Shown in pieces: positions 62,930 to 64,000 of a stretch of 64,000 nucleotides of DNA. Source of the stretch: Eledone cirrhosa. Lineage: Eukaryota. Below the pieces are notes generated by a model, which ran no database searches, had not been told where the DNA came from, and saw nothing but the letters and a program-made list of their open reading frames with translations. A program made the position numbers and the translations under genes. The stretch's first letter is position 1. The number at the start of each line of letters is the position of its first letter. The stretch spans positions 96,162,001 to 96,226,000 of the forward strand of contig OZ024745.1 of assembly GCA_964016885.1 (NCBI GenBank), in the 5' to 3' direction.

Positions 62930-63101
62930 GGTGACTATCAGTTCCACAATCATCATCAGTTTTATGTCAACTTTTCCATGATGGCAGGGATTGGATGGGG
63001 ATTTTTGAAGTATTGTTTCACAGCTAGATGCTCTCCCTGACACATACCCTTTTAGTTCCTTCTTACAACAATGTACCTATTCTAAAATGGATACACATGG
63101 C

Positions 63102-63264
63102 CATGGCCTATGAGAGGGGGGTCAAGTCGGTATATTGTTACGGAGCCCAAGAGCTAAGAAGGCCCACATCAACCATGAAACTTCCATTTAGAGGATAATT
63201 ATTGCCTGCTTTGGGCCCCAAAGCGGTCTTGTACCGCCTAGCAAAATTTTTTTTGGAAGCCCTG
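63102..63264. mobile_element. hAT-type MITE
   Basis: Perfect 8-bp TSD cacatggc; termini catggc / gccctg. Confidence 0.65.
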
Positions 63265-63679
63265 CACATGGCCATATAGAATATAAATGATCACATGTGA
63301 ACATAACAATATTTGGATAAACTCTGGAGTTGTGTAATGGATGGTTTAAACAAAATGAGATTAGGGGTGCTCTTTATTTATTGAGAAATGACTGAATTAT
63401 TTTTAACCTGACTATTACGATTCTTGTATAATTTCTCGTGTAGACAGGTTAGAAAGTCCTTTTTCTTTGATGGCACGCTAGATCTGAGCACCCTTTACTA
63501 TGTCCTATTCCAGAAATTAATGAATATGGTATAAAAAGGAAGGGGTGTCATACCAACAAAATTAGATACAATCCGAGTGTTACAGGCTAGAGAATCATCA
63601 TCGTTTTTATGTCTGCTTTTCCACGCTTGCAGGAGTTGGAAGAATATAAGAAACTTAATGGCTAGTAGAAACCAGCTAG

Positions 63680-64000
63680 GTGCATAGCTCTGTCTTCCAA
63701 CCATACAGAGGCACATAGCTCTGTCTTCCTACCCTACAGTGGCACACAGCTCTGTCTTCCTACCCTACAGTGGCACACAGCTCTGTCTTCCAACCCTACA
63801 GTAGCACACAGCTCTGCCTTCCTACCATACAGAGGCACACAGCTCTGCCTTCCAACCCTACAGAGGCACACAGCTCTGCCTTCCAACCCTACAGAGGCAC
63901 ACATATCTGCCTTCCAACCCTACAGAGGCACACAGCTCTGCCTTCCAACCCTACAGAGGCACACAGCTCTGCCTTCCAACCCTACAGGGGCACACAGATC
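63680..64000. repeat. 31-bp minisatellite running off the window end
   Basis: gcacacagctctgccttccaaccctacagag. Confidence 0.92.

Overview
AT-rich, repeat-dense eukaryotic genomic DNA. The SINE/LINE families and (TA)n/(CAT)n tracts suggest an octopod cephalopod; this is an inference. The whole window lies inside one minus-strand gene, a CLC-7-like lysosomal 2Cl-/H+ exchanger (CLCN7). I traced 20 GT-AG coding exons (59993 down to 638; 2055 nt, 685 codons, all splice phases compatible). The N-terminal exon(s) and the last CBS2 exon(s) lie outside the window. One intron (48242-54538) has clear U12 minor-spliceosome signals and is an insertion hot spot. It holds a DD37D/maT transposon, a Penelope-like GIY-YIG fragment, sense-strand hammerhead-ribozyme motifs, a fold-back with 150-bp arms, and an inverted, circularly permuted 267-bp unit carrying a Pol III tRNA-like cassette. 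Other introns contain RTE, CR1, HERO-like and CRE-like LINE fragments, Helitron-like elements, piggyBac-like and hAT MITEs, many SINEs and minisatellites. Most entries in the supplied ORF track are spurious or repeat-derived. All calls were made by eye, without alignment tools.
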